Part shown: one piece after another, positions 53,718 to 62,947 of the stretch
Numbering within the stretch: position 1 is the first letter of the stretch
Layout: each line of letters starts with the position of its first letter
NCBI GenBank assembly: GCA_934167755.1
Contig: CAKPLT010000001.1
Coordinates: 161,753 to 225,752 of the forward strand
Direction of reading: 5' to 3'
Source of the DNA: an uncultured Clostridia bacterium
Lineage (GTDB): Bacteria; Bacillota; Clostridia; TANB77; CAG-508
DNA: 64,000 nucleotides
Translations under genes and position numbers: made by a program
The notes under the pieces: generated by a model
What the model was told of the DNA's origin: nothing
Databases searched by the model: none
What the model saw: only the letters and a program-made list of their open reading frames with translations

Positions 53718-54893
53718 TTATGCGAGCACTTTCTCTAAAACATTACCAGCTTCCTTATTATTAGCCTCAACTGGATGCACATAGAAGTTTAAGGTAGTTG
53801 TTATTTGAGCATGCCCTAATCTTGATGCTATAACTGCTACATCCACATTTTGTGAAACGAGCAAAGTAGCATTTGTGTGTCGCAAACCATGGAAAGTAAT
53901 TTTTGGTAGATTGTTCTTTTCAATGAAAGAACGAAACCAATCTGTAACAGTATCAGGATGCATTGGCTTACCATTCCAAGTAACAAATAGTCTATTTGAG
54001 TTAACCCATAAGTTGCCACATTTTTCTTTTTCTTGATCATACCAAGCTTTATACTTATTAAGCGTATTTATTACAATATCAGGTATTCCGACTTTCCTAA
54101 TTGAACTACGAGTCTTTGGATCTTTTACGAAAATGCCTTTATCTGCAATATACTGACTAGACTTAGTAATATTAACAAATCCATTCTCAAAGTCGATATC
54201 TGACCATTCTAAGCCCAATACTTCGCCTCTACGCATACCAGTAAACAATGTTAATATAACAATAGTTTGAAATTTGATTTCTTCATTTTCTAATGCCTCT
54301 AGTAATTGTTTACATTGAACATCATCATAGTATTTAATTTGAGGTCTTTCATGCTTAGGTGGTTTTACTCTATCTGCTGGATTATAAGGTAGTATTTGCC
54401 AATATACAGCATTTTGTAACATAGCGTGTAGTAAGCGATGGTGCTCTAGTATTGTTTTAGAGGATAAGCCTTTCATTACAGTCTTTCCATTATGATTTTT
54501 ACATCTTTTAAGTTGATGATCTTTTGAAAGATAATCGTAAAAACTCATAATGTGAGTTGGTTTAATATTGCATAACTTATAATGACCGAAGTAGGGGATA
54601 ATTCGTGATTTTAGCATTTCTTTATATCTTTCATAAGTTTTAGGTGCTAATTCTTTTTCACCATAATTTTTAGCCCATAAATCTGTAAATTCTTTAAAGG
54701 TCATTGAAGAGTTCTGTAAAACAATACCATTTTCTATCTCATAAACAAAGTTCACAAGTTCTTTGTCTGCTTCACGTCTACTATTTGCTTTAATGCTTTT
54801 GGTATATCTAATTCTGTTACCATAGCTGTCATAACCATGAGATACAATTAATCTCCAAGAGCGTTTGCCTCTCTTTTCAAGATACCCTGCCAT
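53718..54893 (-). CDS. int: Tyrosine integrase (element 2), paralogue of 44276-45460
   Basis: MAGYLEKRGKRSWRLIV... with an AGGAGGTG RBS; C-terminal ...ITFHGLRHTNATLLVSQN...LGHAQITTTLNFYVH. The ORF-track N-terminal extension is rejected. Confidence 0.9.
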   Translation of the reverse strand: MAGYLEKRGKRSWRLIVSHGYDSYGNRIRYTKSIKANSRREADKELVNFVYEIENGIVLQNSSMTFKEFTDLWAKNYGEKELAPKTYERYKEMLKSRIIPYFGHYKLCNIKPTHIMSFYDYLSKDHQLKRCKNHNGKTVMKGLSSKTILEHHRLLHAMLQNAVYWQILPYNPADRVKPPKHERPQIKYYDDVQCKQLLEALENEEIKFQTIVILTLFTGMRRGEVLGLEWSDIDFENGFVNITKSSQYIADKGIFVKDPKTRSSIRKVGIPDIVINTLNKYKAWYDQEKEKCGNLWVNSNRLFVTWNGKPMHPDTVTDWFRSFIEKNNLPKITFHGLRHTNATLLVSQNVDVAVIASRLGHAQITTTLNFYVHPVEANNKEAGNVLEKVLA

Positions 54894-54945
54894 TACTTTT
54901 TCACCTCCTTTCAGCATACCTATGGCAAGGATTTTATATATTAAA

Positions 54946-55941
54946 TTATTTTTTCCTAACTTTAGTACTATTAATCCAGTCTTGAAATTCTTTTGCTGTA
55001 ATTTCTCCATCAATAAATTTTTTCCTAATTGTAGGACCTTCTTTTTTGAAATATTCATACATTTCATGTTTTTCTCTTTCAGATGCTTGCTTTGAAAGAG
55101 TTTGATATCTACTTCTATAAGCTTTAAGAATAGGCTTCTGCGCTAAACTTTCTTTATAGGCTAGTTCTCTACCAAATTCTTTACATGTTTTATTATCTTT
55201 AAATACTTCATCGCAATATTTAGTATCATGCATAGTTTTTGGAATAAAGTATTTACCACAATTAGCACATTTTTTTATCTTAATATTACTATCTAAAGAC
55301 AATAACTGTTTATATGAGATAAATAACACATTAAGATAATCATCAGTTCTAAAAGAATATGGAATACTTTTAGGCAGATTAAGTTCTTTATGAAAATAGT
55401 AAAAGTCATCCATAGTAAAATCTAATGTTAAATCATTTATCCTATAACTTAAGTTTATTAAATCAAAATTAGCAGATTCATCTTCAAATAAATCAGGAAA
55501 TTCTGCTCTAAAATCAGCCTCGATTTTATCGAATTCTTTAGGGCTTATATTTTCTTTTTCACTTGTTATAAGATTAATAAATATATCTTGATAAAATTCA
55601 AAGTCATCTTCATATTCAGATTGTAAGGTAAAGAATAAGTCTGATAATGCCTGTTCTGTTATGTAAAAGTTATCATTTTTATAATATTTAGATATATTTA
55701 ATTTGGATTTTTTAGCCAATTTGAATAATAAATCCTCTAAACAGTAATTAGCTATAAAGTTAACCATATCTTCACCGTTTTCAATATCTATATTGAGAAA
55801 ATCTAAAAGAATGCTACCAATAGGTCTTATTTCACAACGATTTACAGATTTGAATATAAATCCTTTCTTTTTCTTAATAGAAAAGTGATTTAAACATTCT
55901 GTTTTATTATTAGTATCGAAAGCAATATTATATAGTGACAT
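54946..55941 (-). CDS. Zn-ribbon protein (CANCGKYF...C...C), paralogue of 45473-46189
   Basis: Shared motif block with the element 1 protein. Confidence 0.5.
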   Translation of the reverse strand: MSLYNIAFDTNNKTECLNHFSIKKKKGFIFKSVNRCEIRPIGSILLDFLNIDIENGEDMVNFIANYCLEDLLFKLAKKSKLNISKYYKNDNFYITEQALSDLFFTLQSEYEDDFEFYQDIFINLITSEKENISPKEFDKIEADFRAEFPDLFEDESANFDLINLSYRINDLTLDFTMDDFYYFHKELNLPKSIPYSFRTDDYLNVLFISYKQLLSLDSNIKIKKCANCGKYFIPKTMHDTKYCDEVFKDNKTCKEFGRELAYKESLAQKPILKAYRSRYQTLSKQASEREKHEMYEYFKKEGPTIRKKFIDGEITAKEFQDWINSTKVRKK

Positions 55942-56131
55942 CTTTACCTCCTAATATCTACAAATTAAAAATTTTTGAACTTTTTTCAATTGTAAGGTTA
56001 CATATATCAGAAAAATATTATATAAAAGAGCCATACAATCAAAAACAAAAATAATAATTGTATGACAAAATAATACCATAATAATTTATATATGTCAACT
56101 ACAATTATAAAAATATTAGGAGGTGAAAGAA

Positions 56132-56338
56132 ATGGCACTAGATAACATTAAAAGAACAACTCTAACTGCAAAAGAAGCAGCAGAATATTTAGGAATTTCA
56201 TATTGGTTAATTACGCAATTAGTTAAAAGAAAACAAATTCCTTGCTCTAGAGTTGGAAAAAGAGTTTTATTCAGAAAAGAAGCCTTAGATATTTATCTAA
56301 GCAAAAAAGAAAATGATTCTATTGAAGAATCTTGCTAG
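56132..56338 (+). CDS. xis: Excisionase-family HTH protein
   Basis: LTAKEAAEYLGISYWLITQLVKRKQIPCSRVGKRVLF. Confidence 0.6.
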   Translation: MALDNIKRTTLTAKEAAEYLGISYWLITQLVKRKQIPCSRVGKRVLFRKEALDIYLSKKENDSIEESC

Positions 56339-56352
56339 AAAGAAGGGAGGAT

Positions 56353-56823
56353 ATGGGACAAGTTGGATGGATAAAAGTAAATACAAGTATATTTTCAAAT
56401 AGAAAAATTAAAATCCTACTAAAAGAAAGGGAAGGGGACACCTATTTTAGAATATGGATTCAGATTTTAACTATTGCTGGAGAATGTAACAGAGATGGTG
56501 GACTATATATTAGCGATAATACACCATTTAAAATCAAAGATTTTACCAATATTATTGGAAAATCTTCGAAAACATTTACGAGAATTTTACAAAAATTTAT
56601 CGATTTAGGAGTGCTAATTTATAAAAATGATACATACTTCGTAAAGAATTGGAGCAAGTATCAAAGTGCTGAAAAGCTAAAGAAAATTGGAAAATCAAAT
56701 AAAGTAGTTGAAGAAAATTTAATTGAAAAAAGTTTGAATAAAGTTACAGAAGAAAAGACAAGAAAAGAAGAAAATAGAAAGGAGAGCAGAATAGATGAAT
56801 CAAATTTTGAAACCCTCGATTAA
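56353..56823 (+). CDS. Phage replisome organiser N-terminal domain protein (DnaD-like)
   Basis: MGQVGWIKVNTSIFSNRKIKILL...GDTYFRIWIQIL is typical of the phage_rep_org_N family. Confidence 0.55.
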   Translation: MGQVGWIKVNTSIFSNRKIKILLKEREGDTYFRIWIQILTIAGECNRDGGLYISDNTPFKIKDFTNIIGKSSKTFTRILQKFIDLGVLIYKNDTYFVKNWSKYQSAEKLKKIGKSNKVVEENLIEKSLNKVTEEKTRKEENRKESRIDESNFETLD

Positions 56824-57664
56824 CAAAAGGGATTCCATTGAATGTGAATATTGCAAAAATACATTATACAGAAGAACAATAGAATGGGAACTATATGGTA
56901 CTAAGAGAATAATAACTTTAGACTATGAAAGATGCAAATGTAAGGATGCCCAGAAATATTGGAATGAATATGATCTGAAAAAATTAAGAATAATTGAAGA
57001 AGAAAAAAAGCTAGAATTAATGCAAGGGTTTTCGAGAAAAGTTGAAAAAATTATAAAAAACAGTAAGATGAGTAAAAGAAACTTGAGCTATAAATTTGAC
57101 AATTTTGAAATTAATAATAGCAATAAGAAAGCATTTAATAATTTAAAAAATTATAGTGAAAAATTAGTAAATAACATAGAGAAAAAAGGACTCATTTTAG
57201 TTGGGAATAATGGAGTGGGTAAAACACATTTAGCATGTAGTATTGCAAATAAATTTATAGAAAATGGAATACCAGTAATATACGGAACATTAATTAATTT
57301 ATTAGCAGAATTACGAAATTCATATGAAATAGATAATAGTATTTCTGAGATGGAAATTATCAAATTATATGAAAATGTTGATCTATTAATTATAGATGAT
57401 TTAGGAAAAGAAAAGCCAAGTGAATGGGGATTAGAAAAATTATTTACTATCATAAATAGTAGATATGAAAATAGTTTACCAGTAATTATAACAACAAATT
57501 ATAATCAAAATTCTTTAGTAAAAAGGCTAAGCATTAATGAAGAAATTGAAACAGCAAAGTCAATTATTTCTCGACTATATGAGATGTGCTATTTAGTAAA
57601 AATTGATGATATAGATCATAGAATTCAAAAGAAAAAAGTTAGTAATTGCGGTAACAATAACTAA
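56795..57664 (+). CDS. DnaC/IstB-like AAA+ helicase-loader ATPase
   Basis: Walker A LVGNNGVGKTHLA; Walker B LLIIDDLGKE. Confidence 0.8.
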   Translation: MNQILKPSINKRDSIECEYCKNTLYRRTIEWELYGTKRIITLDYERCKCKDAQKYWNEYDLKKLRIIEEEKKLELMQGFSRKVEKIIKNSKMSKRNLSYKFDNFEINNSNKKAFNNLKNYSEKLVNNIEKKGLILVGNNGVGKTHLACSIANKFIENGIPVIYGTLINLLAELRNSYEIDNSISEMEIIKLYENVDLLIIDDLGKEKPSEWGLEKLFTIINSRYENSLPVIITTNYNQNSLVKRLSINEEIETAKSIISRLYEMCYLVKIDDIDHRIQKKKVSNCGNNN

Positions 57665-57799
57665 CTAAAAAGATAACTTTTTTAAATATTTTATATAAAA
57701 ATTATAATTGATTCTTTTAAAAAAGTAAATAGAAATTGATGAAAAAATTAGGACAAGAAAGTATAAATTTTTGTATATATTTGTCCTAATTTTTATAAT

Positions 57800-57925
57800 A
57801 AAAATATCCCTCGGAGAGCAAAAAGGGTATTAGGGCATTTTGCCCTAAACAGTGAAAAGGGTGTCAAGACACCAGGCTGGCGAATATTAGGTACTAAAAA
57901 ATACTACCTAAATTCGAGCAAAATA
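57800..57925 (+). other. Non-coding region with three consecutive stable hairpins (gggcattttgccc; ggtgtcaagacacc; ggtactaaaaaatactacc); candidate structured RNA or protein-binding site
   Basis: Inverted repeats seen in the sequence; no ORF. Confidence 0.3.
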
Positions 57926-58106
57926 AATTTTGCTAATTATTAATGCTTTGTAAACTAGCATTAATAAATTTTATATTAAGAAAGTGATTAAAAATGAAGA
58001 GAGATTCAGAACAAGTTTTAGATAGTATTTTCTTATCGTATAATAAAATTTTAAAGAGATTACATTTATTAGGAATAACAACTAAACATGGAAAAAAATA
58101 ACTCAT

Positions 58107-58337
58107 ATGGATTTAAGAAAAGCTGTAGATGTTATGGTAAAAAAACATCCAACATGTAGATGGAGAAGTGAGAAAATTAGAAGTAGAAAATATTTTATTT
58201 TAATAGAGGGTTATGAATGGTTAAAGCGAGTATATTTTCAAAAAGAAAAATCACTAATTGATGCTGATGTAGATTTTTTTAAAACAAGAATTAAATTATA
58301 TGAAGAATTTTTAAAATTAGAGCACAATGAAAATTGA
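58107..58337 (+). CDS. Hypothetical small protein
   Basis: ORF only. Confidence 0.35.
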   Translation: MDLRKAVDVMVKKHPTCRWRSEKIRSRKYFILIEGYEWLKRVYFQKEKSLIDADVDFFKTRIKLYEEFLKLEHNEN

Positions 58338-58349
58338 TGGAATGAAGAT

Positions 58350-58616
58350 ATGAATAAAAAACAATTATGTAAGTATTTTGATAGAAAAGATATTACTGTT
58401 AGAAAAGCAATTAAAAAAATGTGCGACTATGGATTGAGTGAATATAAATTTTTAATAAATAATAAAGTTGTAATTTCAAAAGAAGGAGTGAAATGGATTT
58501 GTAAAAATGTATTTAAACAAAAGTATTTAGAATTATTAGAAAAGCACAAAATGGAATTGACAGAGAAGTATATAAAAGCTGGTTACATATATGATAATTT
58601 CTTTTGGAGAAATTAG
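58350..58616 (+). CDS. Hypothetical small protein
   Basis: ORF only. Confidence 0.35.
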   Translation: MNKKQLCKYFDRKDITVRKAIKKMCDYGLSEYKFLINNKVVISKEGVKWICKNVFKQKYLELLEKHKMELTEKYIKAGYIYDNFFWRN

Positions 58617-58738
58617 AAATATTACAGAAATATTATTTTTATTTTACATTTTTGTAATAAATATTGACTAAATATAGATATTTTCATATATTAACTATAA
58701 ACTGCTAGTTTATAGTTAATATATGAAAGGTCATACAA

Positions 58739-59083
58739 ATGAGTAAATTTAAAACTTTTTTGAATAAAAAATTAAAAAGCAAAAAAATAAGCCAGAACAA
58801 ATTTGCAAGAATGATTGATGTTACACCGACCTATGTAAATAAAATGATAAATGGTACAAGCGGACCACCAGACAGGGGTTTACAAATAAAAATTGCAAAT
58901 AGTTTAGAAATAGAAGGGGAAGAAAGAAATAAGTTCTTCAATAACTTAGCAAAAGAAAAAGACGATATTCCTTCCGATATATATGAAGGTATTTTTTGCA
59001 ATAAAAATAGCTGGGACAAAATAAGAGAACTATTAAAAAAAGAAAAAATTATAAAAATAAATTTATCTGGCAGAAAAGGATAG
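58739..59083 (+). CDS. XRE-family HTH transcriptional regulator, directly upstream of hsdM2
   Basis: ISQNKFARMIDVTPTYVNKMINGT Cro/C1-type HTH. Confidence 0.7.
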   Translation: MSKFKTFLNKKLKSKKISQNKFARMIDVTPTYVNKMINGTSGPPDRGLQIKIANSLEIEGEERNKFFNNLAKEKDDIPSDIYEGIFCNKNSWDKIRELLKKEKIIKINLSGRKG

Positions 59084-59098
59084 ATATAGGGGGATAAG

Positions 59099-60673
59099 AT
59101 GATGGATAATAAAAAAGAAAAAGAAAGAGATGAACTTCATAAAACAATATGGAAAATGGCGGATGAATTAAGAGGCGCTGTTGATGGATGGGATTTTAAA
59201 CAATATGTATTAGGACTATTATTTTATAGATTTATATCAAAAAATATAGAAAACTATGTTAATACTAATCAGAGAAAATTAGGAAAAAAAGACTTCGAGT
59301 ACAAAAATCTTTCTAATGAGGACGCAGAATATGGTAGGGAAGATATTTTAAATGATAAGGGATTCTTTATTTTGCCAAGTGAGTTATTTTGTAATGTTAG
59401 AAAAAAGGCAAAAGTAAATCCTGATTTAAATATAACAATACATAAAGTTTTTGAAAATATAGAAGCATCTGCTAAAGGGACAGCATCAGAAAAAGCAGTT
59501 AAAGGTTTATTTGATGATTTTGATGTTAAAGGAAATAAATTAGGAAATACAGTAGATGAAAAAAATGAGAAATTAATTAAAATGCTAGATGCAATTGGAG
59601 ATTTGAAATTAGGTAATTACTCAGATAATACAATTGATGCTTTTGGAGATGCATATGAATATTTAATGACAATGTATGCATCCAATGCTGGTAAGTCTGG
59701 AGGAGAATTTTTTACACCACAAGAAGTTGGTGAATTGCTTGCTAAAATTGTAATAATGGATAAAAAAGAAGTAAATAAAGTATATGATCCATGCTGTGGA
59801 TCTGGAGGATTATTGTTAAAGTTCGCAAAAATACTTGGAAAAGAAAACATAAAAAATGGTTTTTATGGGCAAGAAATTAATTTAACGACATATAACCTAG
59901 CTAGAATAAATATGTTTTTACATGACATTAATTATAATAATTTTGACATATCTAGAGGAGACACTTTAACAAATCCTATGAATTGGGATGATGAGCCTTT
60001 TGATGCAATAGTATCTAATCCACCATATTCTATTCATTGGGCGGGAAAATCAGACCCGTTATTAATAAATGATGAAAGATTTGCACCAGCAGGAATACTT
60101 GCACCAGAATCAAAAGCAGATCTTGCATTTACGATGCATATGTTATCATGGTTAAGTCAAAAAGGAACAGCTGCAATAGTTCAATTTCCAGGAGTATTAT
60201 ATCGTGGTGGAGCAGAACAAAAAATTAGAAAATATATGGTAGATAACAATTTTGTAGATACTGTTATTCAATTGCCAAGTGATTTATTTTTTGGTACATC
60301 TATAGCAACATGTATATTAGTATTAAAAAAATCAAAAAAAACTAACGATATACTAATTATTGATGCTTCAAATAAATTTATAAGAAACTCCAATAAAAAT
60401 AAGTTATCTCCAGATAATATAAATTGGATTATAGACAAAATCAAAAATAGAAAAGGCAAAGAAAATGAACCAGTAGTAGTAGTAGCTAATGAAGAAGTAG
60501 AAAAAAATAATTATAATATATCAGTCAATACATACATAAAGAATAATTTGGAAGAAGAAAAAATTGATATAAAAGAAGTAAATAAAAATATAAAAGAAAT
60601 AGTGAAAAGAGAAAACAAAATTAGAATTGAACTTGATAAAATAATCCAAGAATTGGAGGAAGATAATGAGTAA
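59099..60673 (+). CDS. hsdM: Type I R-M methyltransferase M subunit (system 2)
   Basis: FGDAYEYLMTMYA...GEFFTP; YDPCCGSGGLLL; NPPYS. Confidence 0.95.
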   Translation: MMDNKKEKERDELHKTIWKMADELRGAVDGWDFKQYVLGLLFYRFISKNIENYVNTNQRKLGKKDFEYKNLSNEDAEYGREDILNDKGFFILPSELFCNVRKKAKVNPDLNITIHKVFENIEASAKGTASEKAVKGLFDDFDVKGNKLGNTVDEKNEKLIKMLDAIGDLKLGNYSDNTIDAFGDAYEYLMTMYASNAGKSGGEFFTPQEVGELLAKIVIMDKKEVNKVYDPCCGSGGLLLKFAKILGKENIKNGFYGQEINLTTYNLARINMFLHDINYNNFDISRGDTLTNPMNWDDEPFDAIVSNPPYSIHWAGKSDPLLINDERFAPAGILAPESKADLAFTMHMLSWLSQKGTAAIVQFPGVLYRGGAEQKIRKYMVDNNFVDTVIQLPSDLFFGTSIATCILVLKKSKKTNDILIIDASNKFIRNSNKNKLSPDNINWIIDKIKNRKGKENEPVVVVANEEVEKNNYNISVNTYIKNNLEEEKIDIKEVNKNIKEIVKRENKIRIELDKIIQELEEDNE

Positions 60674-61850
60674 AATTAATGATTTAATTAAAAAGATGTG
60701 TTCGGATGGCGTTGAATACCGTAAATTAAATGAATTGTTGGATTATATTCAACCTTCAAGGTATATTGTAAAAAACACAAATTATGATAAAAACTATACA
60801 ATACCAGTTCTAACTGCTGGACAGACTTTTATATTGGGATATACCAATGAAATCGATGGTATTTATAAGGCATCTAAAGAAAAACCAGTAATAATATTTG
60901 ATGACTTTACAACTTCAAATCATTGGGTAGAATTTGATTTTAAAGTAAAATCATCTGCAATGAAAATTCTTGTGCCTAAGACCAATGATTCATTTAAGTT
61001 TATTTATTATTGCATGCAAAATATTGAATATATCCCAAAAGAGCATTCAAGACAATGGATTCAGAAATATAGTGAATTTAAAATACCTTTGCCAAAAAAA
61101 GAAATACAAGAGAAAATAGTAGAGATACTTGATAAATTTGGTGAGTTGGAAGCAGAGTTGGAAGCAGAGTTGGAAGCAAGAAAAAAACAATACGAATTTT
61201 ATAGTAAAAAGATTTTTAAATTTAAAAAACCAGTTAAATATGTTCCAATTGGAGAAATATCTAGCACTATTACAGATTATGTTGCAAATGGTAGTTTTGC
61301 AGAAATAGCAAAAAATGTTCAATATAAAAGCGAACCAGATTATGCGGTATTACTTAGAACAGTAGATTATTCAAATGGATTTAATCCTGATAAATTTGTT
61401 TATATTGATAAACATGCATATGGTTTTTTAAAAAAATCAAAGCTATTTGGTGGAGAGATTATAATTAATAATGTAGGAGCAGGTGTTGGAACCACATTTC
61501 TTTGTCCAAAATTAGATATAAATATGAGCTTGGCTCCAAATTCGATTATGATAAAAACACCGAACAATAAGTTTTATTATTATTGGTTAAAAAGCATATA
61601 TGGACAAGAAGCTATAAAAAGTATTGTATCTAAAAGTGCTATGCCCAAATTTAATAAAACTGAATTTAGAAAAATAATGGTTCCAGTTTTACCGGAGCAA
61701 CAACAAAATGAAATTGTAAATATATTAGAAAAAATTGATAATCTCATAAATGACATATCAGAAGGATTGCCTGCCGAAATTAAACTCAGAAGGAAACAAT
61801 ATGAATATTATCGAAATAAATTATTAAACTTTAAAGAGGTGATTGCTTAA
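60666..61850 (+). CDS. hsdS: Type I R-M specificity subunit (two TRDs) with LEAE x3 in the central conserved region
   Basis: Two TRDs separated by ...GELEAELEAELEARKKQYEFYSKK; C-terminus ...RRKQYEYYRNKLLNFKE. Confidence 0.9.
   Translation: MSKINDLIKKMCSDGVEYRKLNELLDYIQPSRYIVKNTNYDKNYTIPVLTAGQTFILGYTNEIDGIYKASKEKPVIIFDDFTTSNHWVEFDFKVKSSAMKILVPKTNDSFKFIYYCMQNIEYIPKEHSRQWIQKYSEFKIPLPKKEIQEKIVEILDKFGELEAELEAELEARKKQYEFYSKKIFKFKKPVKYVPIGEISSTITDYVANGSFAEIAKNVQYKSEPDYAVLLRTVDYSNGFNPDKFVYIDKHAYGFLKKSKLFGGEIIINNVGAGVGTTFLCPKLDINMSLAPNSIMIKTPNNKFYYYWLKSIYGQEAIKSIVSKSAMPKFNKTEFRKIMVPVLPEQQQNEIVNILEKIDNLINDISEGLPAEIKLRRKQYEYYRNKLLNFKEVIA
61143..61178 (+). repeat. Perfect 12-bp tandem repeat gagttggaagca x3 inside hsdS (central spacer-length region)
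   Basis: Seen in the sequence; encodes (LEAE)3. Confidence 0.9.
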
Positions 61851-62947
61851 TGGATGAATATAATTCAATTGAAGCAGTTTCTGACAAAATAAAAAGCAAT
61901 TTAAATTCAAACAATCAAAATAAGAATGTTTCTATTTTGTATGCTTTTAATGCAACTGGAAAAACAAGATTATCTACAACATTAACTGACGAGATGGATG
62001 ATGGAAAAACATTATGTTATAATGCTTTCGTAGAAGATCTTTTTACATGGGATAATGATAATTATATTTTCAAAATTAATCCATCCTGTTGGTTGGTAGA
62101 ATTTATTAAAGAACAGGGTCTTGAAAATCAAATTATAGAAAATTTTACGAGTATTATTAATTCAAAGGTTGAACCAAGTTTTGAATTAGATAGAGGTGAA
62201 ATTATTTTTAGCATTGCTTCAGGTGATAGTGACTATGATAAAGGAATAAAAATATCTAAAGGAGAAGAAAGCGTATTTATATGGTCAATTTTCTACACAA
62301 TTTTAGAGACAGCAATAGATACATTAAATATGGAAAAAGATGACAGATTTACTGAATTTTTTGATAGTTTAGAGTATGTTATTATAGATGATCCAGTCTC
62401 ATCGATAGATGATTCAAAGATTATTTCAATTGCAATGATGTTGATAAAAGTAATAGATAAATATAAAAACAATAGTAATCATAAATTGAAATTTTTAATA
62501 ACAACTCATCACGCATTATTTTATAATGTTATATATAATCAATATAGGAAAAATAAAGAATATAATTTTAAACCATTCATATTGAAAAAGAAGAATAAAA
62601 TATATGAACTAAAAAATCAGAAAATAGATAGTCCATTTGGATATCATCTAATGGTCAAAGAAGAAATAGAACGAGCCATACAAGAAGAAGATATTCAAAA
62701 ATATCATTTTAATTTATTTAGAAGCTTATTAGAAAAGACAGCAAATTTTTTAGGATATGGTAATTGGGTTGACTGTATTGAAAATGATAAAAAACAAGAA
62801 TTTATAAGAATCATTAATTTATATAGTCATAGTAGATTGTCAGATATTGAATATAGAGAATTAACATATGATGATAAAGAATTATTTATAGATACATATA
62901 ATAAATTTGTTAAGAATTTTAAATGGGGGAAAATAGATGGAGAATAA
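61850..62947 (+). CDS. ABC-ATPase-like protein embedded between hsdS and hsdR; PrrC-like anticodon nuclease candidate
   Basis: Walker A-like NATGKTRLS; Walker B/D-loop-like YVIIDDPVSSID; C-terminal R-x3-E...(32)...H (FRSLLEK...YSHS), the spacing of the PrrC ACNase triad. Start and stop overlap the neighbouring genes. Confidence 0.55.
   Translation: MDEYNSIEAVSDKIKSNLNSNNQNKNVSILYAFNATGKTRLSTTLTDEMDDGKTLCYNAFVEDLFTWDNDNYIFKINPSCWLVEFIKEQGLENQIIENFTSIINSKVEPSFELDRGEIIFSIASGDSDYDKGIKISKGEESVFIWSIFYTILETAIDTLNMEKDDRFTEFFDSLEYVIIDDPVSSIDDSKIISIAMMLIKVIDKYKNNSNHKLKFLITTHHALFYNVIYNQYRKNKEYNFKPFILKKKNKIYELKNQKIDSPFGYHLMVKEEIERAIQEEDIQKYHFNLFRSLLEKTANFLGYGNWVDCIENDKKQEFIRIINLYSHSRLSDIEYRELTYDDKELFIDTYNKFVKNFKWGKIDGE

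Noticed and set aside
54894-55067. N-terminal extension of integrase 2 (MKCMNISKKK...) from the ORF track
   Set aside because: An AGGAGGTG RBS plus ATG at 54891-54893 gives an N-terminus matching integrase 1. The extension overlaps the upstream Zn-ribbon gene.
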